Shown here in pieces: positions 9,908 through 20,394 of a DNA stretch of 64,000 nucleotides. The stretch's first letter is position 1. Each line of letters starts with the position of its first letter. This DNA comes from an uncultured Planctomycetales bacterium. Its GTDB lineage: Bacteria > Omnitrophota > Gorgyraeia > Zapsychrales > JAHFFX01. The DNA is taken from positions 93,455 to 157,454 of the forward strand of contig CAYXGG010000002.1 of the NCBI GenBank assembly GCA_964464475.1, in the 5' to 3' direction. Position numbers and translations under genes: made by a program. The notes below the pieces were generated by a model. That model saw only the letters and a list, made by a program, of their open reading frames with translations, was not told the origin of the DNA and ran no database searches.

Positions 9908-11288
9908 GTTCGGCTTTGCTTATCATAATCGGCGCGATACACAACCCTATCGTTATCCACAATAAATTGCCTAATTGCACAGAATAAAAATTAGTATCTA
10001 GGGCACTCTGGATCAAGAATCCGGTTAAGCCTCCCCACGCACCCCAGCTAACACACAGCAAGAAATCATCCTGAACGGATTTAATCGTACGCATAGCGTA
10101 TTGAAAAATTCTTCCCACAAGCCAAAGAAAAGCGGCCAACCCCACTAACCCCATCTCAGCAGTTAATTGTAAATAACAGTTATGTGGATAACCTCCCCAT
10201 TCCAGTTTCAGGTCCTTGGCCACTTGGGAATAGGTGTTAATGCCCGATCCGAAGATCGGGGAACGCTGAATAATTCTCCCGGCGTCCCGCCAATAAAGAC
10301 TCCGTCCTGAACCGCTATATTTCTTTAGAAAAGAAGTCACATACTCCTCCCAACCTGGATGTTGGGCCTTCGACTGAGCCATCTCTTCGACCGAAGAGCA
10401 AGCCATTTGACTCTCTAAACAATCAGAAAAGATTGAAATTTTTCGATATTTTAACAAGCCTACGGAAAAAAAACTGGCAAAAATAACAATCAAGACAACG
10501 ACTACGGCGAAAGCTTTGATTCGTTGAAAACCGATTAGAAGAATTGCGACAAAAAAAGCCAACCATGCGCCGCGGGAATAAGTTAACCCTAAACACACGA
10601 CCCCAGCAACCAGCAAGATGAGCGAAAGCACTCTGGCTACCTTCAGCCATCCTTCCTGACTAAATTGATATCGTAACCAAGATCCAATTCCTCGACGATA
10701 AACATAAATAAAGCTAAAAGCTAGCGAGAGGGCCACCACCAGATAACCACCCAAATCATTAGGATGTCGAAAAGATGCCGATACCCGACCTCCACCCAGA
10801 GGATTGTTCCACACAAAATCTTCTCCCATGATTTTCTGCCAATAGGCGTTACTTATCGTGATAACCGCCGAAATGGCAAAAACCGACAAAAAAACTTTTA
10901 AACGTTTTCGGGAATTAATGGCCTCAACAAAAATAAAATAAAAAAACGTCCATTCCCAAACTTTCAGCATAAAACCCCGAAAACTAAGCGATTTATACTC
11001 GCTAAAGACAAAAGAAAGGAACGCAGCCAGAATAAATGCGCCCAGAGGCCAATTAAGGGGATTCGTAATCGGAAGAAAAACCATCACCGCCCTTGCTCCC
11101 AACGTTGCCCTTCTCATTGAAAACAAAAAACAGCGCTTAACAAAAAAAGCAACCATCGCAACACCGAAAGAGAATTCCACGATGGCGATAGAAATAGGAA
11201 TAAAATAAATCACGAAACTCAGGGCCACGGCCATGATACGATCACATATCATCAAGGCTCGGGATGAACCTAATTCGGTATTCAGCAT
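9894..11288 (-). CDS. O-antigen ligase / Wzy_C-family polytopic membrane protein
   Basis: At least ten TM segments. The periplasmic loop carries the Wzy_C-type motif region (LTYSRGAWLAFFVAILLIG ... GYPHNCYLQLTAEMGLVGLAAFLWL). Confidence 0.7.
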   Translation of the reverse strand: MLNTELGSSRALMICDRIMAVALSFVIYFIPISIAIVEFSFGVAMVAFFVKRCFLFSMRRATLGARAVMVFLPITNPLNWPLGAFILAAFLSFVFSEYKSLSFRGFMLKVWEWTFFYFIFVEAINSRKRLKVFLSVFAISAVITISNAYWQKIMGEDFVWNNPLGGGRVSASFRHPNDLGGYLVVALSLAFSFIYVYRRGIGSWLRYQFSQEGWLKVARVLSLILLVAGVVCLGLTYSRGAWLAFFVAILLIGFQRIKAFAVVVVLIVIFASFFSVGLLKYRKISIFSDCLESQMACSSVEEMAQSKAQHPGWEEYVTSFLKKYSGSGRSLYWRDAGRIIQRSPIFGSGINTYSQVAKDLKLEWGGYPHNCYLQLTAEMGLVGLAAFLWLVGRIFQYAMRTIKSVQDDFLLCVSWGAWGGLTGFLIQSALDTNFYSVQLGNLLWITIGLCIAPIMISKAEHVQR

Positions 11289-11352
11289 AGGTCAATCCTA
11301 TGGTAAGAAGCGACAAAAAGCATCATTCTCATCATACTCATATAAACCAAAG

Positions 11353-12672
11353 TCATGTGCGATTCTGACGGAAACATTCTCGATGCCCTAGAACTATGGC
11401 CATCCCCAGACCTAAAGCGCTCCATAAGTGGGCCGATAACTGTAAAGAAAAGAAATGCGTATCAACAAAACTGTGCGCGAGAAAAGCCGTGATACCTCCC
11501 GTCAACCCGATAATCACCGGTTGATCACTCACAGCGTTTCCTTCTCTTCTTAAAAAACTCCTGACAGTGCCGTAGAAACGCACCAAGAGCCAGACAAAAG
11601 CGGCGAGCCCCAGCAACCCGTACTCGACCGCCAACTGCAAATAGCAATTATGCGCGTACGTAGGATCATAATAAGTTTCTCCGCGCAATTCACGACCAAA
11701 CTCAGCAAAGACCGGCATGAATGTATTCGGACCGTGACCCAAGAGCGGTCGATTCAACGCAAGTCTCCAGCTGTCTTCCCACAGTTCGCTACGCCAAATC
11801 AGCGTCGACAATAAATTTTGACGCTGAAATGTTTCCAGTGTAATAACTTTCTTAAAGCTTGTAAAGTAAATCAGCGTTCCAATGAGCGTCACCGTTAAAC
11901 CACAAATCAGCCAAGGCCACCAGCGACGCCGCGATACCACGGCCACGAAAAATAGCCCCACTGCCGTCGCCAGAATCCCTCCCCTGGAGAAAGTCAACAC
12001 CAGCACCCAACACGAAAGACAAAGAAACACCGCTGCCAGCCATCGGTCCCGCTTGCCAGAAGCGTTTAATAACATCGAAAACAAAACCGGAATGCCAATC
12101 GTCAAGTACCCCGCAAGCTGATTGGCATTATTAAACGGCCCCGTAACCCTGCCATCGTGAATCACCACGCCAGAAAAAATGTCTCGTTGATTGCCATAAT
12201 ACTGCCACAGTGCGTCCAAGACCACCGCCGCCATTGTCACGCCACCAACCCGTAAGGCCCATAACACTTGACGTTTTTCAACAAAAACACCGGCAAACAA
12301 AAAGAAAATAATAAACCATTCTAGGGTTTTAGTCCAAAACCCATGCCAGGAATGGGCTGGAGCGGTACTATTCAATAAGGATATCAATCCCAAAAATAAA
12401 AAAAGCGCAATGCTTGTGTTAAGGGGGGTTGCCGGGATGAACGTAGAAAGCCACGAAGGATTTGAACGCGCTGCCTGCGGCTGAAAATTCCTGAATAAGG
12501 TGCTTCCATTGCGAATCAACCAAAGCACAAAAGCCACGCAGACTGAAATCTCAATAGCCGCAATACTATAAGGCAACCAGAAAACGAGTAGGCAAAGAAA
12601 AATGGTTAGCCAATTAGTTATGTTAAGCATGGCAACGTGATAATTATTTTCTGATGAATTTATCAGAAGCAA
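11353..12672 (-). CDS. O-antigen ligase / Wzy_C-family polytopic membrane protein (paralog)
   Basis: Motifs TFSRGGILATAVGLFFVAVV ... AHNCYLQLAVEYGLLGLAAFVWLL parallel those of the gene at 9894-11288. Confidence 0.7.
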   Translation of the reverse strand: MLLINSSENNYHVAMLNITNWLTIFLCLLVFWLPYSIAAIEISVCVAFVLWLIRNGSTLFRNFQPQAARSNPSWLSTFIPATPLNTSIALFLFLGLISLLNSTAPAHSWHGFWTKTLEWFIIFFLFAGVFVEKRQVLWALRVGGVTMAAVVLDALWQYYGNQRDIFSGVVIHDGRVTGPFNNANQLAGYLTIGIPVLFSMLLNASGKRDRWLAAVFLCLSCWVLVLTFSRGGILATAVGLFFVAVVSRRRWWPWLICGLTVTLIGTLIYFTSFKKVITLETFQRQNLLSTLIWRSELWEDSWRLALNRPLLGHGPNTFMPVFAEFGRELRGETYYDPTYAHNCYLQLAVEYGLLGLAAFVWLLVRFYGTVRSFLRREGNAVSDQPVIIGLTGGITAFLAHSFVDTHFFSLQLSAHLWSALGLGMAIVLGHRECFRQNRT

Positions 12673-12699
12673 GCAGGGTGGTGGTTAGGGATCAAAAAT

Positions 12700-14124
12700 T
12701 TAATACGCCCCTTTTCCTTTAATGACGACAGGAAAAGTTTGCCAAAGGATATTCAAGTCCAGCCAAAAAGACCAATTATTAATGTACCAGACATCCCAAC
12801 GGACCAGGCGCGAAAAAGAAATATCACTGCGGCCGCGCACTTGCCAAAGCCCGGTAATGCCCGGACGCACCTCCAGACGCTTTAACTGCCGCAAATCTTC
12901 TTTTTCCACTTGATCCATGGGTAAGGGACGAGGGCCGACAAGACTCATGTCGCCCAAAAAAACGTTCAGTAATTGCGGTAATTCATCCAGACTATATTTC
13001 CTCAAAAAACGCCCGAATTTTGTGATTCGCGGATCACGTTTAATTTTAAAAATCGGGCCGTCCACTTCATTCCGACACTTCAAATTATCCAGCAAACCTT
13101 CCGCGTTGCTCACCATACTGCGAAATTTAATCATTTTAAATAACCGGCCCTTTCGGCCATATCGTCGCGAATAATAAAAAATCGGCCCCGGACTATCGAG
13201 TTTGATGGCCAAAGCGATCGCCAGAAAAACTACCGACAACGGAATCAGCAAAACCAAAGAAGATAAAATATCAAATAATCGTTTACCAAATTGACGACGA
13301 TAAGCGTCGACATTGGAGTATTCCAAAATAGGAATCAGCCCGATGTTATATTTTCTAAAATCACTCGCGGTCACGCCATACCCTTGTGGGATCACCCGGA
13401 CTGTCACGTTCATGTCTCTGGCATCCTCCAAAAGCTTGATAAACACTTGGCTATCATGGTGCACCGTAATGAACAGCATACTCACAAATTCTTTGGGAGC
13501 GAGTGCTGTAAAATCGGAAATTTTACCTACCACCCGGTGTTTATGGTCATCCGCGAGGCCCGTTTTGAAATCATCTAAGAATCCCACAACCCGAATTCCT
13601 AAATTCGGCCGCTTGCTTAACTCTTGGGAAAGCGCGACTCCGACTTTACCGGCTCCCACAATCAACGCGTTCCAATTGTTGTAGCCACTGACGACTAAGT
13701 ATTCGACAAAAATACGTTTCAAAACACGCCAAATAGACAAAAGCGCAACCATTGTGACCGTGGCCATCACAAAGATTGATCGAGGGAAATGCCCGATTTT
13801 CAAAACATACAGCGACGCGATCACGGCCAAAGACGCGATCCCCACCGAACGGATAACATTCCAAATCTCTACCCCTTCCAGAACTTCCCGGCGGGTTTCA
13901 TAAAGATTAAAAAGCCGATTGATTAATATGGTGGTTAAAATCCAGAAAACAAAAATGAAACGAAAAGGATTGGTGGGCTCCAACAACAGATGAGTGAAAG
14001 AAACCGGAAAGCTTAACTTGTCTACGTTTAAGGCGCAGGACAAATAAATGGCAAAGTACACGCAGATGACGTCAAATATCGTGTAAGTGGTTTGAATCGT
14101 GACAATGCGTTGCCGAGGGGTCAT
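12700..14124 (-). CDS. polyprenyl-phosphate hexose-1-phosphate transferase (WbaP/CpsE-type initiating PGT)
   Basis: N-terminal TM domain plus Rossmann-like linker. The C-terminal bacterial sugar-transferase domain contains PGPIFY...QRRVGRxG-like GRKGRLFKMIKFRSM and DELPQLLNVFLGDMSLVGPRP. Confidence 0.85.
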   Translation of the reverse strand: MTPRQRIVTIQTTYTIFDVICVYFAIYLSCALNVDKLSFPVSFTHLLLEPTNPFRFIFVFWILTTILINRLFNLYETRREVLEGVEIWNVIRSVGIASLAVIASLYVLKIGHFPRSIFVMATVTMVALLSIWRVLKRIFVEYLVVSGYNNWNALIVGAGKVGVALSQELSKRPNLGIRVVGFLDDFKTGLADDHKHRVVGKISDFTALAPKEFVSMLFITVHHDSQVFIKLLEDARDMNVTVRVIPQGYGVTASDFRKYNIGLIPILEYSNVDAYRRQFGKRLFDILSSLVLLIPLSVVFLAIALAIKLDSPGPIFYYSRRYGRKGRLFKMIKFRSMVSNAEGLLDNLKCRNEVDGPIFKIKRDPRITKFGRFLRKYSLDELPQLLNVFLGDMSLVGPRPLPMDQVEKEDLRQLKRLEVRPGITGLWQVRGRSDISFSRLVRWDVWYINNWSFWLDLNILWQTFPVVIKGKGAY

Positions 14125-14128
14125 AAAA

Positions 14129-14881
14129 TCAGACGCGCTTCTTAAATAAACGATCAGTTAGTAAAAAATAAATAAATTTTGAATTACCCACCAAATACCT
14201 TCGCCACAATCGACGCGGTTCACACAGCAAGCGAAATAGCCATTCGAAACCGCTTTGCTGCATCCAACGCGGCGCTTGTTTTTTAACACCAGCGACAAAA
14301 TCAAAAGCCGCCCCCACCCCCACCATCACCGGAACCGTCAATAATTCTCGATGTCGCGCCATCCAGAAATCCTGTTTTGGGGATCCCAGCCCCACCCAAA
14401 GGATATCCGCCCCTGAGTCCTCAATTTTCCTAAGAATCTCAGCGGACTCAAGTTCGATTTGAGCACGAAACGGTGGTGAAAAACTGCCCACTATCTTAAT
14501 CGTGGGATAACGATTTTGCAAGCTCGCGACCAGGAGGGAAAGCGTTTCCGGCGTTCCACCGAAAAGAAAATGTTTCAATCCCGAAGAGCACCCGTCCAAG
14601 CATATTCTCTGAAATAAATCAGGCCCATACGCGCGCGCTACCTGGGGAAACCCCTGCCTACGCCCCCACCAAACTACAGGCATCCCGTCGGGCGTTACCA
14701 TCTGAGCGGCGTTAACAATTTTTAGGTAATCCGGATTACTTCTTGCTTCAACGATGGTCGATACCGGAGCGACACAGACATACGTCTTGGTCCGATCGCG
14801 CGCCCAATCTTGAATCGTTTGCGCGGCCTCGCCAAGATTCGTGGCGCTTACTTTAACCCCCAATAAATCAAACCTCTGCAT
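14129..14881 (-). CDS. WecB/TagA/CpsF-family glycosyltransferase (N-acetylmannosaminyl-type transferase)
   Basis: 250 aa. MQRFDLLGVKV...VTPDGMPVVWWGRR matches the WecG/TagA family pattern. Confidence 0.8.
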   Translation of the reverse strand: MQRFDLLGVKVSATNLGEAAQTIQDWARDRTKTYVCVAPVSTIVEARSNPDYLKIVNAAQMVTPDGMPVVWWGRRQGFPQVARAYGPDLFQRICLDGCSSGLKHFLFGGTPETLSLLVASLQNRYPTIKIVGSFSPPFRAQIELESAEILRKIEDSGADILWVGLGSPKQDFWMARHRELLTVPVMVGVGAAFDFVAGVKKQAPRWMQQSGFEWLFRLLCEPRRLWRRYLVGNSKFIYFLLTDRLFKKRV

Positions 14882-14891
14882 GAATCAACCC

Positions 14892-16598
14892 TCACCGATT
14901 CAACACAAACACTGAATTTGTACCGCGAACATCAATGGGGACGCTGGCGAAGGCAGCATCGGGATAATCCACAACCAAAACTTTTCCGTACTGACTGTGA
15001 GACAGCATCAGCAACTCACGATCTTTAGCTCGTAATACTTCTGAAATCGGCTTAAAGAAATCATCGCGATGTGCCCGATATACTGAAACAGTTTCCAGCG
15101 CTAAAGACAATAATAGGCAGCCCAACAGCACCTTGGACGGTTTCAGCTGACACGCAAAAACCAAGACCATCATCAGCAACAACGGAATCGTCAGAAAACG
15201 ACTTTGATGCGAACCTAGCCACCAGACCGCCCAAAAGACAACAACCAGAATAGGTAATATCGGTGCGCTACGACGCCAAATACTGCGTACCAAATACACT
15301 CCAAACGGTCCCAGGGTCAAGAGGTATACTAATCCCACCGGATAATCATAGCGGTTATTGACTCCTTGTTCGGGGACCGCCAGCCACCAAAAATGTTCAA
15401 TAAAATCGCGCCAACTGCGCCCTGATCCGTACTGGTCACGCGTGGCGCGAATTTGCTGAGCTTTGACCACCAAAGAATCCCATGCAGAAGAATTCGTGTC
15501 CAGCCCGAGAGGTTCAGTCATGCCGACGGCAAAAGGAAACAATGGCGTTCCGGTATAAAAAATTGACTTTAGAACAAAAGGTCCCCCAATGAAAAGACTA
15601 AAAGATAACAACGCGAAGACCAGCTGCTTTAATCGATTCCCCCAACGAGAAGAATATTCCGTAAAGGTGGTTCCGGCAAAGCCCAGAGTCATGTCTCCGC
15701 ATCGAAATTTCTTAATTGCCCACACGATTACCGGTACGAAGACGGCAAGCAAACCAATTTGTAGCGGATGAAACGATTTGGCCCAAAGATAAAAAGTCAA
15801 TTCTAAAGCGGCCATCGTCACAGAGCCGGTTAAAAAACTTACAATAGCCGCCAAAAATAAATAGGCCAGCGTCAAATCCAACATCCCTGTTCCCAATTGA
15901 ATTCCAACAACATGCGACCCAAAAACCCCGGCGATAGCCAAAAATCCAGCCGTGAAATTCCCCCGGGTTAACAACGTCGTTAAATTCCACACAATCCCCA
16001 GCAATCCCAGAAAAATAATGAATTGCGGGAATTTATTTGGGAGGAAAGTTGACAGTTGGTAGGGTGCCAGCGCGAAATCTACGGGTAGCAAATACAAATC
16101 CGCGGTTGACCAAGGTAACCACGCAAAAGAACCCTGAATCAAATGTTGGCGCGGTACCGTCAGATGGTAATTGAGGACATCCGTCTCCTGGACTAAATGA
16201 GGCGGCAAAACGTGCGCATAAAAAGAAATAAATAATATCAACAACACCAGGACTTTAAACAATAAAAGCCAACATTTCATTCCCAGGTTGATGGAGTTAT
16301 ACCACGCTTTGAAACTTTCCAAACCGGATCGCAAGGGAATCCGCCATTCCCAAAAAGTTTTAATAGCCAACGCCGAAAAAGAAATCCAAGCCAGCCAGGA
16401 CGTCTGACCATGCGGGCAACGCAGGACATATAACTCCAGCCAGAAAGCGATATACCCGATCCACAAAAGGATCGTGGGCAAATGCGCCGGACTTAATATC
16501 CGCGTTCGATGAGAGTTTTGCATCTCCATAATAAATACACTAGGGTGATCAGCACCCAATAAAAGTCCGCACGGTGACTTCGCAAAAACTGTCGCCAA
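14892..16598 (-). CDS. hypothetical polytopic membrane protein (possible GT-C-type transferase or polymerase)
   Basis: 568 aa with at least twelve hydrophobic segments and a soluble C-terminal segment. No diagnostic motif recognised. Confidence 0.45.
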   Translation of the reverse strand: MATVFAKSPCGLLLGADHPSVFIMEMQNSHRTRILSPAHLPTILLWIGYIAFWLELYVLRCPHGQTSWLAWISFSALAIKTFWEWRIPLRSGLESFKAWYNSINLGMKCWLLLFKVLVLLILFISFYAHVLPPHLVQETDVLNYHLTVPRQHLIQGSFAWLPWSTADLYLLPVDFALAPYQLSTFLPNKFPQFIIFLGLLGIVWNLTTLLTRGNFTAGFLAIAGVFGSHVVGIQLGTGMLDLTLAYLFLAAIVSFLTGSVTMAALELTFYLWAKSFHPLQIGLLAVFVPVIVWAIKKFRCGDMTLGFAGTTFTEYSSRWGNRLKQLVFALLSFSLFIGGPFVLKSIFYTGTPLFPFAVGMTEPLGLDTNSSAWDSLVVKAQQIRATRDQYGSGRSWRDFIEHFWWLAVPEQGVNNRYDYPVGLVYLLTLGPFGVYLVRSIWRRSAPILPILVVVFWAVWWLGSHQSRFLTIPLLLMMVLVFACQLKPSKVLLGCLLLSLALETVSVYRAHRDDFFKPISEVLRAKDRELLMLSHSQYGKVLVVDYPDAAFASVPIDVRGTNSVFVLNR

Positions 16599-16601
16599 CG
16601 A

Positions 16602-17771
16602 CTATCGGTTACCATGGCGTTGCTCCCCAGAAATAATCAACTGACAGGCGGTAATCATACGCTGGGCGTATACTTCCGGGGTGAAATGGGCGAGATACAG
16701 CTGCCGGCTGGTTTGCCCCATTCTTCTTCTTAAGACAGAATCACGAGCAAGGGTGACAATTTTTGTGGCCAAAGATTCCCAATCACCTTTCGGAAACAAA
16801 AATCCATTTTCCAAGTCTTTTACGATTTCGGGAATGGCACCTTCTTTAGATGCAATCACCGGCAGCCCTTCGGCCATCGCGTGCAGCAAAACTAACCCAA
16901 AAACATCACGGTGAGTTGGAAAAATAAAAATATCATGTTGGCGAAATATTTCCGTACGCCGTGCGTCGTCCCCCACATAGCCTAAATAATCGACATAATC
17001 ATTTAATTTTTGATCATCCAAATATCTCTGTATTTCGTCACGTAACGTCTCCGATTCCATGGGACCAGCGAAAGAAAAGCGCACCTGCGGATACTGGGCC
17101 ACGACCTGAGGAATAGCTTTTAACGCCGTCCAAACGCCTTTAGAAACACTCAAAAAAGAAAAATACAAAACTTTTACGGTCGGGACCGCGTGGACGGATA
17201 ACGTACCGCTTTTGGGAGTTGGCAAAGTATAAGAATCCTCCACGCTCCCAGGTACAGCTAAAACCCGTCGGGTATCCATCAACCCTTCGTACACCTGACG
17301 TGTGGCTTCTCCGAGCACAATGCTGGCAGTGGTATGCTTCATGAGCCAACGAAACAGTTTGGCCTGTGTTTTTCCTAAAGATTCATACAAGTCACGGGCA
17401 TACTGCCCCATATCGTGAAGAATTATTTTAGCGCCAAATAAATGCCCTAAGAAACAGAATAAAACATCTTTCAAAAAAGGCATTTTATCAAAACTCATGT
17501 TATATAAAACATACTGCGGCCGACGACGAATCAATATCCACAGGTACTGCCCCAGATAAACGACCAGCTTCCAAAGTTTCCCCAGCGTTACCCTTTTATG
17601 TTGACCATACGTCCAGAAATGCAAATTAAGGAAAGTCACATCAAATTCCTGCAAAAAACGCGAGGACATCAACATTTTATACATCATGCTGTGACCAAAA
17701 TAAGGCGGCGGCAGAATACCGCAAATGAGAATCCTCGGTTTAAGCGTGTCGCTGGTTGTGGCTGGCTTCAT
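16602..17771 (-). CDS. glycosyltransferase family 4 (GT-B)
   Basis: C-terminal EGLPVIASKEGAIPEIV...NGFLF is the GT4 E-x7-E region. Confidence 0.8.
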   Translation of the reverse strand: MKPATTSDTLKPRILICGILPPPYFGHSMMYKMLMSSRFLQEFDVTFLNLHFWTYGQHKRVTLGKLWKLVVYLGQYLWILIRRRPQYVLYNMSFDKMPFLKDVLFCFLGHLFGAKIILHDMGQYARDLYESLGKTQAKLFRWLMKHTTASIVLGEATRQVYEGLMDTRRVLAVPGSVEDSYTLPTPKSGTLSVHAVPTVKVLYFSFLSVSKGVWTALKAIPQVVAQYPQVRFSFAGPMESETLRDEIQRYLDDQKLNDYVDYLGYVGDDARRTEIFRQHDIFIFPTHRDVFGLVLLHAMAEGLPVIASKEGAIPEIVKDLENGFLFPKGDWESLATKIVTLARDSVLRRRMGQTSRQLYLAHFTPEVYAQRMITACQLIISGEQRHGNR

Positions 17772-18636
17772 AAATGTCCTGCAAGATGTTTTTAATTCCT
17801 AGACGGGCCTCCCACCCCAATAAGGCCTTGGCTTTCGCCGAACTAACGCGCGAAAAAGCGGGTGCCCGGTCGGTATTTAATTGCGTTGTCGATGTTGAAC
17901 CCGTCAAACGGATCACCTCAGAGGCGATATCAAACAATGTCCACGCATCCAGCCCGGAGAGATTGATCTTCTCGAGCCTGGAGGGGGTTATGTTTAATAA
18001 GCCATCAAACGCCTCCAGCAAGTCAGACAGAGCTAACAATTGCAAACGCGTTTCCTGAGGCGCAAAAATATTGAGCGGTTGACCGGCCCAGGCCTGCGCG
18101 AATAAAACCGGCAACAAAGCTTTTTCCGCCTGGCCGGGCCCCACGATATTCACTGGCCTGACGATGGTCACGCACCGATTCTTGCCCAAACGCTCCACAA
18201 CCTCTTCGGCGGCCAATTTACTTCGAGCATAATCTCCCTGTGGATCCAAGGGAGACTGTTCATCAATATCGCGACCGCTGGATAGATAAACTTTAGCCGT
18301 AGAAACAAAAATGAAATGCCGACACGCAACAGCCTTAAGCAGATTGGCCGTCCCGTCCACATTGACCCGAACATAATCCTCATACGCCGCCTGACCAACA
18401 TGAGTTACATTCAGTGCGGCCAAATGAATAACCGCGTCAAAATTTTGATGGATTTGGAAAGATTGCGCAATATTTTGTTCAAAAAAATGGTTGGGCTTAA
18501 GTAGCGGAATCGCCGCGCCAGGACGATGATCGAGACCGAATACTTCATATTGGGGGTAAGTGCGCAAACGCGCGATGAGATGCCGACCCACAAAACCATT
18601 GGCGCCAGTAACCAGAATATTAAGCGGATTTGGCAT
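17740..18636 (-). CDS. NAD-dependent epimerase/dehydratase family protein
   Basis: ILVTGANGFVGRHL Rossmann motif and YARSKLAAE (YxxxK). Confidence 0.8.
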   Translation of the reverse strand: MPNPLNILVTGANGFVGRHLIARLRTYPQYEVFGLDHRPGAAIPLLKPNHFFEQNIAQSFQIHQNFDAVIHLAALNVTHVGQAAYEDYVRVNVDGTANLLKAVACRHFIFVSTAKVYLSSGRDIDEQSPLDPQGDYARSKLAAEEVVERLGKNRCVTIVRPVNIVGPGQAEKALLPVLFAQAWAGQPLNIFAPQETRLQLLALSDLLEAFDGLLNITPSRLEKINLSGLDAWTLFDIASEVIRLTGSTSTTQLNTDRAPAFSRVSSAKAKALLGWEARLGIKNILQDIYEASHNQRHA

Positions 18637-19381
18637 GGCGAAAGCGACGTCGTCGCTCGCGATCTTCCCATTGTTTCATTAAGACCGTAGCGCGATACAG
18701 CGATTCAAATGTTCCGGCGTCGGTCCAGGAAGATTTAAGGATCGAGTAACTTAGTTGCCCTAAGCGGGCATAGTGAGCGAGGACGTCGGTCATTTCATAT
18801 TCTCCGCGCGGGCTTTTTTTAATTTCTTTAAGATGATCAAAAACTTCCGGGAGAAACATCCACAAACCGGTGTTGACAAACGACGAGGACGGACGCTGAG
18901 GCTTTTCAACAATATCCGTAATGGCCTTACCTTTGAACGTCACCACCCCATATTTACTCGGGTCTTTGACTTTAGCGATTAAAATTTTGGCTTTATAGGT
19001 CGTCTTCTCACGTTGAAACTCTTCGACGAACCTTTTCACGTTTTCGCTGACCACATTATCCCCCAACACCACCATAAATTCTTCGTCCTTGACGAAATCT
19101 TCTGCCAGCATCAGAGCCGCGCCTGTCCCGCTGGGGCCGTCCTGTATTTCATAGCTAAATCGCGCCCCCCACTGCTTACCGCTACCCAATAACCGAAAAA
19201 AATCGCCGACATACTCACCGCCCGTCACAATCATAATGTCGCGAATCCCAGCGTTTAACAGTGTCTCCAAGGGATAGTAAATCATCGGCTTTTTGTAGAC
19301 CGGCAGCAAATGTTTATTGGTCACGCTCGTTAATGGTTTAAGCCGAGTCGCGGTTCCCCCGGCGAGCAAAACGCCCCTCAT
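18620..19381 (-). CDS. sugar-1-phosphate nucleotidyltransferase (RmlA/short glucose-1-phosphate thymidylyltransferase-like)
   Basis: MRGVLLAGGTATRLKPLT...KHLLPVYKKPMIYYPLETL. Confidence 0.8.
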   Translation of the reverse strand: MRGVLLAGGTATRLKPLTSVTNKHLLPVYKKPMIYYPLETLLNAGIRDIMIVTGGEYVGDFFRLLGSGKQWGARFSYEIQDGPSGTGAALMLAEDFVKDEEFMVVLGDNVVSENVKRFVEEFQREKTTYKAKILIAKVKDPSKYGVVTFKGKAITDIVEKPQRPSSSFVNTGLWMFLPEVFDHLKEIKKSPRGEYEMTDVLAHYARLGQLSYSILKSSWTDAGTFESLYRATVLMKQWEDRERRRRFRHAKSA

Positions 19382-20394
19382 GTTTTAGCCCCCCAATACC
19401 CGGCAATGTAGCGTTGCTCCATTTTATTTTTTAGTGGTCGCCACCAAGCTTCGTTCTGCCGGTACCATTCGATCGTTTTAGACAATCCTTCTTTCAAATT
19501 GACCCGAGGCTTCCAGCCTAACCGTTTCAATTTTGTGCAATCCAAGCTATACCGAAAATCATGACCCGGCCGATCCTGAACATACTTAATAAACGATTCG
19601 TCTTTTCGCATGGCCAATAAAATATCCCGCGTTAACTGCAGGTTGGTACATTCCTGGCTGCCACCCACATTATAAACCTGGCCGTCGCGTCCCTTGTCAA
19701 TTAACAAATGAATGGCGGCGCAATGATCTTCAACATACAGCCAATCCCGAACCTGCTGGCCACTACCATAAACCGGTACAGGCAAGCCGTCGATCAAATT
19801 GGTAATAAAAAGCGGAATGACTTTTTCAGGATAAGCGCGCGGGCCATAATTATTAGAAGCACGGGTAATGATGACCGGTAAACCGTACGTTTCAAAAAAA
19901 CTGTAAGCGAGTCGATCGCCACCGGCTTTTGAAGCGGCATAGGGGTTACGCGGTCGCAATTCTGACGTTTCTTTAAAACTGCCGCTGAGAATATGACCAT
20001 ACACTTCATCCGTTGAAATCTGGATAAATCGTTTCAATTTTTTCTGTTCACGAGCCTCCTGCAACAGCGTATAGACTCCCATGATATCAGTCTTAAGAAA
20101 AGCTTCCGGATCGCTGATGGAACGGTCTACAGCGACTTCGGCGGCGAAGTTGACCACGACGTCCACGTCGGTCATCACTTTCTTGACGAGACGAGCGTCG
20201 CCAATATCTCCCTTGATAAATTCAAAACCCCGACGAGATTCAAATTCTTTAAGATTATCGGGGTTGCCCGCGTAAGTCATTTTGTCCAACACGCGCACGC
20301 GCGGGTGCCCTTCTTTCTCATACACATAACGAACAAAATTACTGCCAATAAAACCGGCACCACCGGTAATCAGATAAGATTTAGGTGTGTTCAT
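19378..20394 (-). CDS. rfbB: dTDP-glucose 4,6-dehydratase
   Basis: YLITGGAGFIGSNFVRY, YAASKAGGD and a product length typical of RmlB. Start taken at the ATG at 20392-20394 (MNTPKSY); the ORF's upstream extension overlaps the neighbouring gene. Confidence 0.85.
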   Translation of the reverse strand: MNTPKSYLITGGAGFIGSNFVRYVYEKEGHPRVRVLDKMTYAGNPDNLKEFESRRGFEFIKGDIGDARLVKKVMTDVDVVVNFAAEVAVDRSISDPEAFLKTDIMGVYTLLQEAREQKKLKRFIQISTDEVYGHILSGSFKETSELRPRNPYAASKAGGDRLAYSFFETYGLPVIITRASNNYGPRAYPEKVIPLFITNLIDGLPVPVYGSGQQVRDWLYVEDHCAAIHLLIDKGRDGQVYNVGGSQECTNLQLTRDILLAMRKDESFIKYVQDRPGHDFRYSLDCTKLKRLGWKPRVNLKEGLSKTIEWYRQNEAWWRPLKNKMEQRYIAGYWGAKT

